DNA of 64,000 nucleotides, from positions 457,438-521,437 of the forward strand of contig NW_003314347.1 of the NCBI RefSeq assembly GCF_000143415.4, written 5' to 3'. The notes beneath the pieces were generated by a model that worked only from the letters and a program-made list of their open reading frames with translations, made no database searches and was not told the DNA's origin. The translations under genes were made by a program, and so were the position numbers. Shown here piece by piece: positions 25,948 through 37,857 of the stretch; position 1 is the stretch's first letter, and every line of letters starts with the position of its first letter. The stretch comes from Selaginella moellendorffii. Taxonomy: Eukaryota > Plantae > Lycopodiophyta.

Positions 25948-27745
25948 CAAGCCTCAAATTTGCAGGGCAATTAAGTTTAACATTTTGTAGGGCAAATTTT
26001 CATTTCCTTCTTGTGAATATTACAATTGTCTTTCATTGTGCAAGATAAAAATTAATTTATACCTCCCAATATATAAATATTTATCAACTAATTCAATCAC
26101 ACAAAATCCTTTTTCCTTTTTTTGATGCCATGCATCATAAACATGCCCCTAATTGATCTTGTTGTTGTCATTATCACCATTTAAATAGATGAATATCAAA
26201 TCATTTAAAGTTTCAATCTTTAGAAAGAATTTTGAAGTAGTTTTTAATTGATTTTGATAAGAAAATCCACCTTCAGCACAAATAATGCTCACAAGTATCA
26301 AAGAGATAATTCCATCAAATTAGAATATATATCTGTTATAGAAATATCATCTTTGCATATTTGCCAAGCCACTAACCCATTTTTTGTTAACAGATTATTT
26401 TGCATAATAGTTACAAACTTTGTGAGTTCTCTTTTACATTTTTCCCTATCAACAAAAGGACCATATTGGTTCAGAAAGATATTTAGCCATTTATAAGAGT
26501 TGTTATCCAAGTTTTCCTTATCATTTGAGTAATTCTTTGGGCTGAAAATTTTTGTAGCATTGAATATGCCTATATCCTTTCCCATTCTGGCCAGCATATC
26601 AATGTATAATTTCTAAATACATTCCTTGTTTAAATCTAAGCAAAAGCTCAAGCTCTCATCTCTTTTGCTTTCTGGAATAGGAGTATAATTTAAGGCATGT
26701 TTTTGTTATTCCCCTTTAGCATTTATAAATTTGATAAATTCATCTTTAGTAGCCTCCACAAAATTACTCAAGGGTTTCACAACAAGAGTCTCTTTCAGAA
26801 ATTTTATTTTGATATTTTTTAAAGTACCATCTAAGTACCAAACAATGCTAGTAATATCCACAGTTTCAGCTTTGAAAGATTTTATTCAAATTATTCAATT
26901 CCAGAAGTATATTAGGCAGCATATGAATAGATGATCAATCTCTTTAATACTTCCCCATGAAATAACCAACGTACATTGTGAATTTGAAGCATACCTAATG
27001 TAAATATATTCATAGCATCTTTTAGAGGCCTAAAAGCCATGACTCTTTTTCTAGAAGTATGCAACCATCTATAAATTTGATTGTAGAGCTTTTGAAGAAT
27101 CATAAGCTTAGGAAATGCATGCACAACTTCAATAGCCACTAAACTTTATCTATGTGCTAAGCAATGCACTCTAAGCAAGTGTGGAATGTTATGTTTCAAT
27201 ATTGTCACTAGACTAAATTGTTCTTCAACTATAATAAAAGCTCTATTAGTTCCAATAGCAACAAATTTTCCCTTTTTAAAGTTCATTTCTTCCAAAACCT
27301 TTTTGATGGCTTCATATTTATTTACATCCTTTAATTACCATCAATTTCAAAAAGCAAGTTTTATTCAGACTTTTTTCTTTTTCTTGCATATGGAAAGAGA
27401 TGTATATGATAAGATGAACTTCCAAACTTCTATCAATATTGTTATCCACCATAATGGAAAAGTAAAGATTAGCTTGAATATCTTGGTAAACATCTTTCCA
27501 TCACAGATCTTTTTTATAAACTCTTTCCCACTCATAACATTCATATAAGTCCTATACTCTATGGTGATTGGCATATAAGGCATTAAATTCACACAAAGAT
27601 TTATAGCTTTGTAAAGGTAATCCCTTATTCACAATGAAATACATGTGTTGCATTAAGGAAATCAATTTATTTTTGTGTTGATATTTTTTAGGAGTAATAT
27701 ATTTAAGGATAAATAACCCTTTGCTTCCCAAATAGCCATATGGCA
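25948..27745 (-). mobile_element. hAT DNA transposon, truncated copy (right end and UGH-like gene deleted)
   Basis: Left TIR CAAGCCTCAAATTTGC after cactgcca; decayed transposase; joins the UGH 3' flank at about 27745. Confidence 0.8.
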
Positions 27746-28625
27746 TAGAAAAGCAAATGGTGGAAATGAAACAAGTTCTTTGCGAGCTAAGAATTTCATG
27801 TCCCTTGCCATCAAGTTGTTGAGGAGCTCCTTTTGTGCCTCAGGACACTGACTAGTAGTTGAAGGATGTACAAAATGAGGCTGATGATCCTGGTCGGAAG
27901 AAAATTTACGAACGGGATGACTACCACAGACCATGGCGTCAACTCCCTGGTATAAATCTTTCTTAATTGAACTGTAACACTGTTAGAATTCTGTGCAGGG
28001 TGCTGATTATGGTCAAAAGCCGCCTGCTTTCTGTCAAACACAAGCGAGCGGATGTTGAGAGTATTCATGTAATTTGCCTCCTGCCAGTCCAGCTCGCTAC
28101 TTCCGCCAAGAACTTGGGTTCCCTCAGTCAACAGCAAGATGGAAATGTTCCAGAAGTCTTTCTTCTTGATGTAGGTCACAAACTCGAGCGGTGGATGATA
28201 TCCTTTGAAAGGTTTTGCTGCTCCTGAAACTTCTTGTATTTCACCTCTTCGTCGTTCTGATTCTAATAATGTAACTTTTGTGACAGCGGAAAAGTACGAA
28301 CTCTATGCTTGGAAAGTTTCGAAACAGCGTAGTGGTGACCACAATTTCAGAAAGGAGATCTTCTATGAAGTAAAGGAAGCTTTATTTTTCATGTTGATTA
28401 ATGTTTTCTTTCCTATTTAGAGTTCAGTTAGTGAATTACAATTGCGTAAGCGAAGTTGCTGAGAGTTCGGATCTCCTATGAAGTAAGCTTCTTCTTCTTT
28501 GGATGTTAATTGAATTTTTTCTTTCTTTTTTAGAGTTTACGTGAGCAAGTTGCTGAAACTGAATTTGTATTTTATTCTTGACAGCATGACACATTCGAGG
28601 CTCTTTTTTTTTGGAAAAGGTGAAG

Positions 28626-31055
28626 CTACAGCCTATGTAAGTTCAATAGGGCGCTGTTGACGAGCTCCTCGAGGCTGCTGGAATGCTTGGTAAGTCCCAC
28701 AAAACCCGAAAACGTTAAGAAGTTTTCTTCGTCTGAGGCAGTCGCTAACATTGCTTCCAGGGACGCCTCCATTTCACCGTCTTCTCTAAAACGTCGCAAG
28801 AACCTGGCGTCCTTTGCCACCAAGCTGTTCAGAAGCTCTACGCTATATCGCCGGATACGATTCAAGCTCCTAGAAGGTGCTGTGTGGGATAGAAGCTCTG
28901 TGAATTTTTCGCAAAGCCGTGATTGTTGCGATAGCACGCCTTGTTCAAAGTTCCGTCTGTCGAGCCAGGGGATTATGGCTGCTGCCAAACCGATGGCTGC
29001 CTGCTGTTCCTTGTCCGTGGATTCCAGCACCATCTGGATGATGCGAGATATGGCTGCTCCAAGCTCCAACTTTTCTTCGTCGTTAAGGTCACCGCACAAG
29101 CTTTGCAAAATTGTGGCTGCATGGACTCCAACTGGCTTGGTGAGCATGTTGATCAAGCTCTTGAGGGTCTTGCTAACGCCACCTTGTCTGCAGCTTTTGT
29201 GCATGAGGAGCCTCGAGCAATTGTTGGGACACTGGAAAACGAGCACAATTATGGCTTCCCCGGCTCTCATGGCGATGGTCAACTGGTCGCTGTTCGGTGC
29301 GGTTTCTCTCGTAAATATGGCCATCAAGCTTTGGATAACTCCTCCAGTCGCACCAATGCAATCTCTAAGCTCGTCCTCGGTTGCTAGCAGCTTGATCACG
29401 TCGACTGCCAGGTCTTGTAGCTCCAAATCTTCGAGATTGCATATCCTTTGAAGACTTCTTACTGCTGGCACTACCGACACCATCTTCTTTCGCAGAGACC
29501 GTCCAGAATCTCCTCGCACGCTAGCCAATGTCTTCAAAAGATCGAGTGATTGACGGAATACTTCTTTCGACGTTTCTTCGTCTTGGATAAATTCAACCAG
29601 GATGGAGATAAGTCCGCTGGTGTTACCGATTCGCACGCATATCCTGTGGTCCACGGCTAGCCCGTTGAGGATAGTGAGTCTGTAGCTCTTTTCTTCTAGC
29701 ACTTCCTCCTCTCTTGCGGCTAAAAGAGAAGTGATGGCCTCCAGGGATCCAGGGATAGCGGAAATCCTGAAGCAGTTATGGCTGTGACGAACCAGGTGCT
29801 TGATTACTATCGTTGCAGCTTTCCTGATTTCGGCCTCACTAGGATCCTTCCAGGTGATCATCTCTAAGAGTCTCTCCACAACTCCGGGCGTGGTACCAAT
29901 CCTCCGTTGCGTTTCTTCCATTGAATCTCCTTTTGAGACAAGAGCTGACAGTATGTTGACGCTACCGAGCTGCTCTTCCCTTATGCTTGACTGCAGCTTC
30001 TCGACGGTGAAATCGATAAGGTCCATTCCCAGGCCATCAAACACGCTTCCGTTCAGCGATCGTGAGTACAATGTGTACCAGTACTGCTTCATGGTTTCAA
30101 TGTCGTCTTGATCAAGCTCACACGTTCGAGTGACTACTTCCAGCAACCTCTGGTAACGAAGCTTGAATTCCCAATATGCTCTCTCCAGGAGGAATAGCGA
30201 CGTTTCTGCCAGCATCATCGCGTAAAACACCATAAGTGCTTGCTTAGTGTTTTTTCCTTCGCCATTGAAGTCGTGCACGGCAAGTCGATATACTGAGAAA
30301 CATACGGTGACTGTTGCGGAAGCAAGCTGGAGGAAGTACATGAAAAGGCTGATGATCCTGGTGGCGGACGAAGTTCTTCTGGCAGCGAATCCCTGGTGTA
30401 AATATTTCTTTACTGGTTTTTTGGAAAGTCGATCTCTGCTAACGTTCTGTTCAGAGTGGTCATGGTCCAAGACTCCAGAGAACTTCTCCCATAATCTGGC
30501 GCTCTTGTCGGACACGAACGATTTGAAGCCGAGAATTCCCAAGCTGTAATTTGCCTGCTGCCATTCCAACTCGCTACTTCGACTGAAAACCCGCGTTCCT
30601 TCAGTCAGCAGCAAGGCCGATATCGTCCAAAAGTCTTTGGCCTGAATGTTGGTCACGAATCCACCGAGGAGAACAACAGTTGCCCAGACGAAGGCCAGTT
30701 TCCCGAGGCCAGTGGCGAACTTTTCAAGAACTGCGAGCCTGAAAGCTATCAGATTGAGCTGCTCTGGTGATCGGGAATTATTCCTTTTCACTGGAGCTGA
30801 AGACTTTAAAAAAGTTGAAAGCTGCTGCAGCTCTGGAGCTGAAGGCTTGGGAGTGGAAGGCTGCTGCTCGACTTCCGGATGTGGGGAAAAAACCGACCAC
30901 AACTCACTGGTATATGGGGTTCTAGTGCTTGAAGGTGGAGAAGTTGGAGAAGCGAGAGCAGAGCCGGAAGAAGGAACTTGAATGGTTACCTCGGTACTCT
31001 TGGGGGCACCGGCAGACTGTGCCCCTTGAAACTTTCTGCTGTTCCACGAATCCAT
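28626..31055 (-). CDS. TM + ARM-repeat protein (BLE2/At4g14280-like), copy 2; the only fully intact copy (809 aa, intronless)
   Basis: ATG-initiated ORF with N-terminal hydrophobic helices and a C-terminal ARM-like region. Confidence 0.85.
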   Translation of the reverse strand: MDSWNSRKFQGAQSAGAPKSTEVTIQVPSSGSALASPTSPPSSTRTPYTSELWSVFSPHPEVEQQPSTPKPSAPELQQLSTFLKSSAPVKRNNSRSPEQLNLIAFRLAVLEKFATGLGKLAFVWATVVLLGGFVTNIQAKDFWTISALLLTEGTRVFSRSSELEWQQANYSLGILGFKSFVSDKSARLWEKFSGVLDHDHSEQNVSRDRLSKKPVKKYLHQGFAARRTSSATRIISLFMYFLQLASATVTVCFSVYRLAVHDFNGEGKNTKQALMVFYAMMLAETSLFLLERAYWEFKLRYQRLLEVVTRTCELDQDDIETMKQYWYTLYSRSLNGSVFDGLGMDLIDFTVEKLQSSIREEQLGSVNILSALVSKGDSMEETQRRIGTTPGVVERLLEMITWKDPSEAEIRKAATIVIKHLVRHSHNCFRISAIPGSLEAITSLLAAREEEVLEEKSYRLTILNGLAVDHRICVRIGNTSGLISILVEFIQDEETSKEVFRQSLDLLKTLASVRGDSGRSLRKKMVSVVPAVRSLQRICNLEDLELQDLAVDVIKLLATEDELRDCIGATGGVIQSLMAIFTRETAPNSDQLTIAMRAGEAIIVLVFQCPNNCSRLLMHKSCRQGGVSKTLKSLINMLTKPVGVHAATILQSLCGDLNDEEKLELGAAISRIIQMVLESTDKEQQAAIGLAAAIIPWLDRRNFEQGVLSQQSRLCEKFTELLSHTAPSRSLNRIRRYSVELLNSLVAKDARFLRRFREDGEMEASLEAMLATASDEENFLTFSGFVGLTKHSSSLEELVNSALLNLHRL

Positions 31056-31423
31056 GTTTAGTGTTCAAGGAGTTCTGGGCATTCTGGGCATTCTGGTGAC
31101 CGTGGTATTGACGACTTCAAAGCCGCTTGAATGTCTTTCTCATGTTGCTGGCATAAGCAAGTAAGCTACTACTTTCGTTCTATGATAGCACGAGCCTTCC
31201 GAGCACTTCAAGCTACTCATCACGAGCAAATCTATGATAGCACGAGCCTTCTGAGCACTTCAAGCGACTCGTCACGAGCGAATCAATAAAAAACGAGTGC
31301 TTTGTTTGACAGTGCTGCAAGTTGCGACAAAGACACTGCAAACATCAAGCTTGAGCGGAGTATATAAGGGAATAGGGACGTTGTAACTAGCTACGACGCA
31401 AACATGGCTTGTCTAGAGGGAAT

Positions 31424-31633
31424 CTAGCAACCACGACAAAAAATCATAGAGAATGTAGAGACAAGGAGTGGAATGAGATTTGGGCGGATCAAACCTGCGG
31501 CCATTGGAAGCGTTCTCCAAGACCCTTCGCCGTGCTCGTTGACATACTGCGTGAGGAGCGTGTCTTCTTCACGAGTCCATGGACCCCTGTTGAGACCGAT
31601 TTTCTCGCAGCAAGGAGATCGACCCATCTGCAT
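31424..31633 (-). pseudogene. Orphan MYB exon 1 copy
   Basis: As 24698-24907. Confidence 0.85.
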
Positions 31634-32748
31634 GGCACCACCAACAAGAATAAAGAAGAACAGAAACTATAAAATGCCTGTGGAAACTTTGGGAAGAACA
31701 CAGGATGAAGTTCGACTGGGACGAGAAGAATACGCTGGGTGTTATATACGAGATGTTTGTTTTAAATCAATGTTTTCCGCTCTGCTGGTCTCTTGCAAAT
31801 GTTCCTAGCTATGAGATAGATGCTTCAGACACACAACGGACCAGGACAAGGAAAAAATATTCATGAGAAAAGAACAAAGCTTGAATCTTTTGACCCCTCA
31901 ACGAAAGGAAGCTAGGGACTCGTATAGAAATCTAAAAAACCTGTGCCCTGCTTGTCCCGCCGTGCAAACATCACTCCCTTTCTCGCTCGTTAAATCGCGG
32001 TAGGATCTAGAACATGACCACTATACTGTTGATGACTATCGCTACAGTAGGATGGACTTTGTGGTATAGCTTGGGCTGGTGCTCCACAGAAGCAGCACGA
32101 ACTACACAGGAGGAAGAAAGAAAAAGTAGAGAAGAAAACGAAGAAGAATCAATGAAGAAAGGAGCTAATTACTGCTGTCCGTGAAGATGAGTGGAGAGAG
32201 CAACTTCAAAGAGCTAAAACTTTCACACGACAAACGGTCAGACGGGAAACTGGAGCGATCTGGCACTAGTGCTGCCATTCCAGATCGATCAATATTGTTT
32301 GACAACAATGATCTGACACACACAAGACTGTTTTCTTCGTCTCGGTAGCGCCCTTTCTACTGTTGCACAACAAACTATTGCACAGCCGTGGAAGGGAATA
32401 ATAGTATATAGAAACCTGTTGTATCTCGTACTCTTGCTCTATAAATTCTCCATAAACTTAAAGCTTCTTCTTCCAGGCCTAGAGAAAAGTCGGCTTCAAA
32501 CACACAGCATGGCCATCTTTTAGTGTGTACTGTGCAGAACTCTCCCTTTCAACCAGGTCATATAATTTGCCACTTACTAGGCTTAGGTGGTGGGAAAGAA
32601 AAAACTGGAGTATTCCTTCTCACGTAGTGATGTTTCTATCTTATACTTAAGAACCTTGTGTTGGCTCGAGGAGTAGTACTACGAAGTGGTGTAACGAATG
32701 CAAAACTTGGACAGGGCAGACTGCTACTGAACACTATTGCCACTGCCA

Positions 32749-35258
32749 CAAGCCTCAAATTTGCAGGGCAAACTTTCTTTTCCTTCTTGTGAATATTAGA
32801 ATTGACTTTCATTGTGCAAGATAAAAATTAATTTATACCTCCCAATATATAGATATTTATATGCAAAAAACTTTTTAATACAACTAATTCAATCACACAA
32901 AATCTTTGTTTCCTTTTTTTGATGACATGCATCATAAACATGCCCCTAATTGATCTTGTTGTAGTCATTATCACCATTTAAATAGATAAACATTGAATCA
33001 TCTAAAGTTTCAATCTTTAAAGAGCATTTTGAAGTAGTTTTTAACTGATTTTGATAAAAAAATCCACCTTTAGCACAAGTAGTGCTCACAAGTATCAAAG
33101 AGATAATTTTCCATAGTTCCATCAAATTAGAACATATATTTATCATGGAAATATCATCTTTGCATATTTCCCAAGCCACTAGCTCATTTTTTGTTAACAG
33201 ATTACTTTGCATAATAGTTACAAACTTTGTGAATTCTCCTTTACATTTTTCCCCATCAACAAAAGCACCATACTAGTTCAGTAAAATATTTAGCAATTTG
33301 TAAAAGTTGTTATCCAATTTTTCCTTATCATTTGAGTAATTTTTTGGGCTGAACAATTTTGTAGCATTGAATATGCCTATATCCTTTCCCATTCTGGCCA
33401 GCATATTAATGTGTAATTTCTGAATACATTCCTTGTTTAAATCTAAGCAAAAGCTCAAGCTCTCATCTTTTTTGCTCTCTAGAATAAGAGTATAATCTAA
33501 GGCATGTTTTTGTTATTCCCCTTTAGCATTTATAAATTTGATAAATTCATTTTTAGTAGCCTCCACAAAATTACTCAAGTGTTTCACACTAAAAGTCTCT
33601 TTCAGAAATTTTCTTTAGATACTTTTCAAAGTACCATCTAAATACCTAGCAATGTTAGCAATATTCATAATTTCAACTTTAAAAGATTTTGTTCAAACTA
33701 TTCAATTCCAGAAGTATATTAGGCAGCATATGAATAGATGATCAATCTCTTTAAGACTTCCTCATAAAATAACAAACATACATTGTGAATTTGAAGCATA
33801 CCTAATGTAAATATATTTATAGCATCTTCTAGAGGCTTAAAAGCTATGACTCTTTTTCTAAAAGTATGCAACCATTTATAAATTTGATTGCATAGCTTTT
33901 GAACAATCATAAATTTAAGAAATGCATGCACAACTTCAATAGCCACTAAACTTTATCTATGCGCTAAACAATGCATTCCAAACAAGTGTGGAATGTTATG
34001 TTTCAATCTTGTCACTAGACCAAATTATTTTCCAACCATAATAAAAGCTCCATCAGTTTCAATAACAACACATTTTCCCTTTTTAAAGTTCATTTCTTCC
34101 AAAACCTTTTTGATAGCTTCATATTTATTTACAACCTTTAGTTACCATCAATTTGAAAAAGCAAGTTTTATTCAGACTTTTTTCTTTTTCTTGCATATGG
34201 AAAGAGATGTATATGATAAGATGAGCTTCCAAACTTCTATCAGTATTGTTATCCATCATAATAGAAAAGTAAGGACTAGTTTAAATATTTTGGCAAACAT
34301 CTTTCCATCACACATCTTTTTTGCATTTTACAAACTCTTTCCCACTCATAGCATTCATATAAGTTTTATATTATATGGTGATTGGCATATAGGGCATTTC
34401 TATAAATCTATTAAATTCACACAAAGATTTATAGCTTTGTAAAGGTAATCCCTTATTCACAATGAAGTACATGAGGAAATCAATTTATTTTTGTGTTGAT
34501 CTTTTTGAGCAGTAATATATTTAAGGATAGATAACCCTTTCTTCTTCTTTACTTTCCAAATAACCATAGCTAGTTGATGTTGTTTGGAATTGTTATGCTA
34601 TTTTAAAATTGGTTTTTGAAAAGTCAAAGAACCATCCTTACCAAAAAAATTATCCTTTTTAGCATATACATATATTATTCTTTAATTGCCTTCAACATCT
34701 ATCACAATATACACCTAAGGAAAACTAAGTTTCCACTTAGTTCTAAATGTTTTATTCTTTTTCCTCTTTTTATTGGTTGTAGTATTGGTTTCTTCTTCTG
34801 TTGTTGAAAGATGTTCATCCTCTAATCTGATTTTAAATCTTTCACCAAAAAAGGAATCATAAAGCTCTTGCCTTGCAATATTTTGTTAATTTATATTTCT
34901 TTTCTCCCTCTCATAGGCAATAGCAAAAAATGCTTCAATCCTATGTTGTTGTTGTCACTATCGCTGCTTTCCCATTTGAATTCAATGAAGTTGACATGGA
35001 TTAGGTCTAGGGCAGGTTGTTAAACACTAGGATATTTTTACAATATTCTTAATAATAGTTGATAGAATATTATCTGTACTGCAATGTACGAATTTTCTTT
35101 GCCCAGCAAGTGGCAACACTAAAATATTTCTATACTTCATTAGTGCAAGGTGAAAATTGAACATTTCTTTCAAGTCGCAACATAAATTAGAAATCAGCCT
35201 TCAAATGCAAAGTAAACATGCCTTTGCAGGGCTTTGCAAGGTGCAAAATTGAGGCCTA
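32749..35258 (-). mobile_element. hAT DNA transposon (about 2.5 kb, decayed transposase)
   Basis: TIRs CAAGCCTCAAATTTGC / GCAAAATTGAGGCCTA; 8-bp TSD cactgcca / cattgtca; hAT dimerisation motif LWKIISLI.VST..A.GGF..QNQLKT...SLKIETLD. Confidence 0.88.
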
Positions 35259-35697
35259 CATTGTCATCCCTAAATGTGATTTGGGTGCCACAGTTCTAAA
35301 GAGACTGTCGCTATAGGAGAGCTTATGAGGATGTTGAGATATTGCTGTAAGTTCCTTCATGCACTTCACAGTGATCGTAAATGCTTCGTGATGGCATCTT
35401 AAACTTGTACCATGGCATCTGCATTGCCAGTTCAAAGATTAAATAGCCCACAACCAAGAACAAAGTGAAGAAAATGAGAAAAAATCTAAGAATGTTGCTG
35501 TCCCCTTAAGTTTCTCTGGCCATAAATTCGCTGCTACAATAGCTTATATCCTTTCTACGCTTTAAGTTTCAGTGCCCGTAGCGGATAGATGTCGTTTGGA
35601 CACTGTTGACCACAATTGACTATCGTTGACCAATGGACCGTTAACTTTGGGGTTCGATTCCTGCGCTGGGCGATATTGCCAGGGCTAGGGTTCTTCG

Positions 35698-36339
35698 ATG
35701 GGGCTCAAGCTGCGAGCAGTGCCGATCACGGAGGTGAATTTCCGGCCTTTTGGCCAGCTCCTGGGAAAGATCGGCGACGGATGCGAGTATGGATCGGGAG
35801 ACGCGCAGCTCAATCTCGCGAATGGGATTCCCAGGTAGTGCAGGCAAAATGTGGCCGAAATTTCCAGTGGCTCGATAGTGATTGAGTGAGTGATGGTTCT
35901 TTTGCGCAGATTCTACCTCATGGAGCTCAAGAAAACGGGGCTGCGATTCAAAAGGATAACGCATCACGCCAGGGTCACGCAGTGTCTGGGATCAGTGGGA
36001 GCTCATCCTTGGTACATGGCGGTCTCTCTTCCCAGCATTGTGGATCCTTCATCGCAACACGAGGGCGCTGTTCGATCCAACGCTGGTGGCCACTCCTATT
36101 TACCTCCCTCTCATGCAAGCGTCCAGGTTTTCAAGATAGATGGTCCTCGCTTCATCAAGCTAAACGAAGGAACTTGGCACGCTGGTCCTCTCTTTGGTGA
36201 TCGAGATTCGATGGTCTTCTACAGCTTGGAGCTCAGTGACACCAACGTAAGATCATTCGATCGAGCTATGTTTTCTCCCTTTTTATGTTCTTTTTATTTG
36301 CAGGTTGTGGATCACACTACCCACGTGTTTGAGGACTGA
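35698..36339 (+). CDS. Ureidoglycolate hydrolase-like, copy 2 (C-terminus shortened by a 7-nt deletion)
   Basis: MGLKLRAVPITEVNF...VVDHTTHVFED*; same two introns. Confidence 0.75.
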
Positions 36340-36539
36340 TCGAAGATTGAGGTACAGAGCCTTGGCATTTCATGTGATATTCGAACGTGATTTTTGTGCT
36401 AGGTGATGGCGAGCTTAAACACTTTTTTGCGTGTCTAGAAAAGCAAATGGTGGAAATGAAACAAGTTCTTTGCGAGCTAAGCATTTCATGTCCCTTGCCA
36501 TCAAGTTGTCGAGGAGCTCCTTTTGTGCCTCGGGACACT

Positions 36540-37278
36540 GACTAGTAGTTGAAGGATGTACAAAATGAGGCTGATGATCCTGACTCCCACAGACCATGGC
36601 GTCAACTCCCTGGTATAAATCTTTCTTAATTGAGGACTGTTGAGGACTTCTAGCACTTCCTCCTCTCCTGCTTCTCTCGACGTTTGTGCTCTGGGGAAGT
36701 GCCAGTCTTCGTGCTGCAAGCGAGCAATGTTTCCAACAACACAGCGAATTTCTATAAATTGCTGGATAGAGAAACACGAGCTGAATCAAAAGAACAATCG
36801 ACGAGCGACTGTAACAACTAACATACTCACCAGCCATAGGATAGCCTGGTTTCTCTCCTTAGAGTCGAGCCAGTAAAATTGTGCGTCTTTTAAACCAGGA
36901 TGGAGATAAGTCCGCTGGTGTTACCGATTCGCACGCATATCCTGTGGTCCACGGCTAGCCTGTTGGGGACTTCTAGCACTTCCTCCTCTCTTGCGGCTAA
37001 AAGAGCAGTGAGGGCCTCCAGGGATAGCGGAAAAAAGTGGAAAGCTGCTGCAGCTCTGGAGCTGAAGGCTTGGGAGTGGAAGGCTGCTGCTCGACCTCCG
37101 GATGTGGGGAAAAAGCCGACCACAACTCACTGGTATATGGGGTTCTAGTGCTTGAAGGTGGAGAAGTTGGAGAAGCGAGAGCAGAGCCGGAAGAAGGAAC
37201 TTGAATGGTTACCTCGGTACTCTTGGGGGCACCGGCAGACTGTGCCCCTTGAAACTTTCTGCTGTTCCACGAATCCAT
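36540..37278 (-). pseudogene. Heavily deleted ARM-gene remnant (unit 3)
   Basis: MDSWNS start joined by deletions to EALTALLAAREEEVLE and other fragments. Confidence 0.8.
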
Positions 37279-37646
37279 GTTTAGTGTTCAAGGAGTTCTG
37301 GGCATTCTGGGCATTCTGGTGACCGTGGTATTGACGACTTCAAAGCCGCTTGAATGTCTTTCTCATGTTGCTGGCATAAGCAAGAAAACTACTACTTTCG
37401 TTCTATGATAGCACGAGCCTTCCGAGCACTTCAAGCTACTCATCACGAGCGAATCTATGATAGCACGAGCCTTCTGAGCACTTCAAGCGGCTCGTCACGA
37501 GCGAATCAATAAAAAACGAGTGCTTTGTTTGACAGTGCTGCAAGATGCGACAAAGACACTGCAAACATCAAGCTTGAGCGGAGTATATAAGGGAATAGGG
37601 ACGTTCTAACTAGCTACGACGCAAACATGGCTTGTCTAGAGGGAAT

Positions 37647-37857
37647 CTAGCAACCACGACAAAAAATCTTAGAGAATGTAGAGACAAGGAGTGGAATGAG
37701 ATTTGGGCGGATCAAACCTGCGGCCATTGGAAGCGTTCTCCAAGACCCTTCGCCGTGCTCGTTGACATTACAGCGTGAGGAGCGTGTCTTCTTCACGAGT
37801 CCATGGGCCCCTGTTGAGACCGATTTTCTCGCAGCAAGGAGATCGACCCATCTGCAT
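37647..37857 (-). pseudogene. Orphan MYB exon 1 copy with a +1 frameshift
   Basis: gacattacagcgt versus gacatactgcgt in the other copies. Confidence 0.8.
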
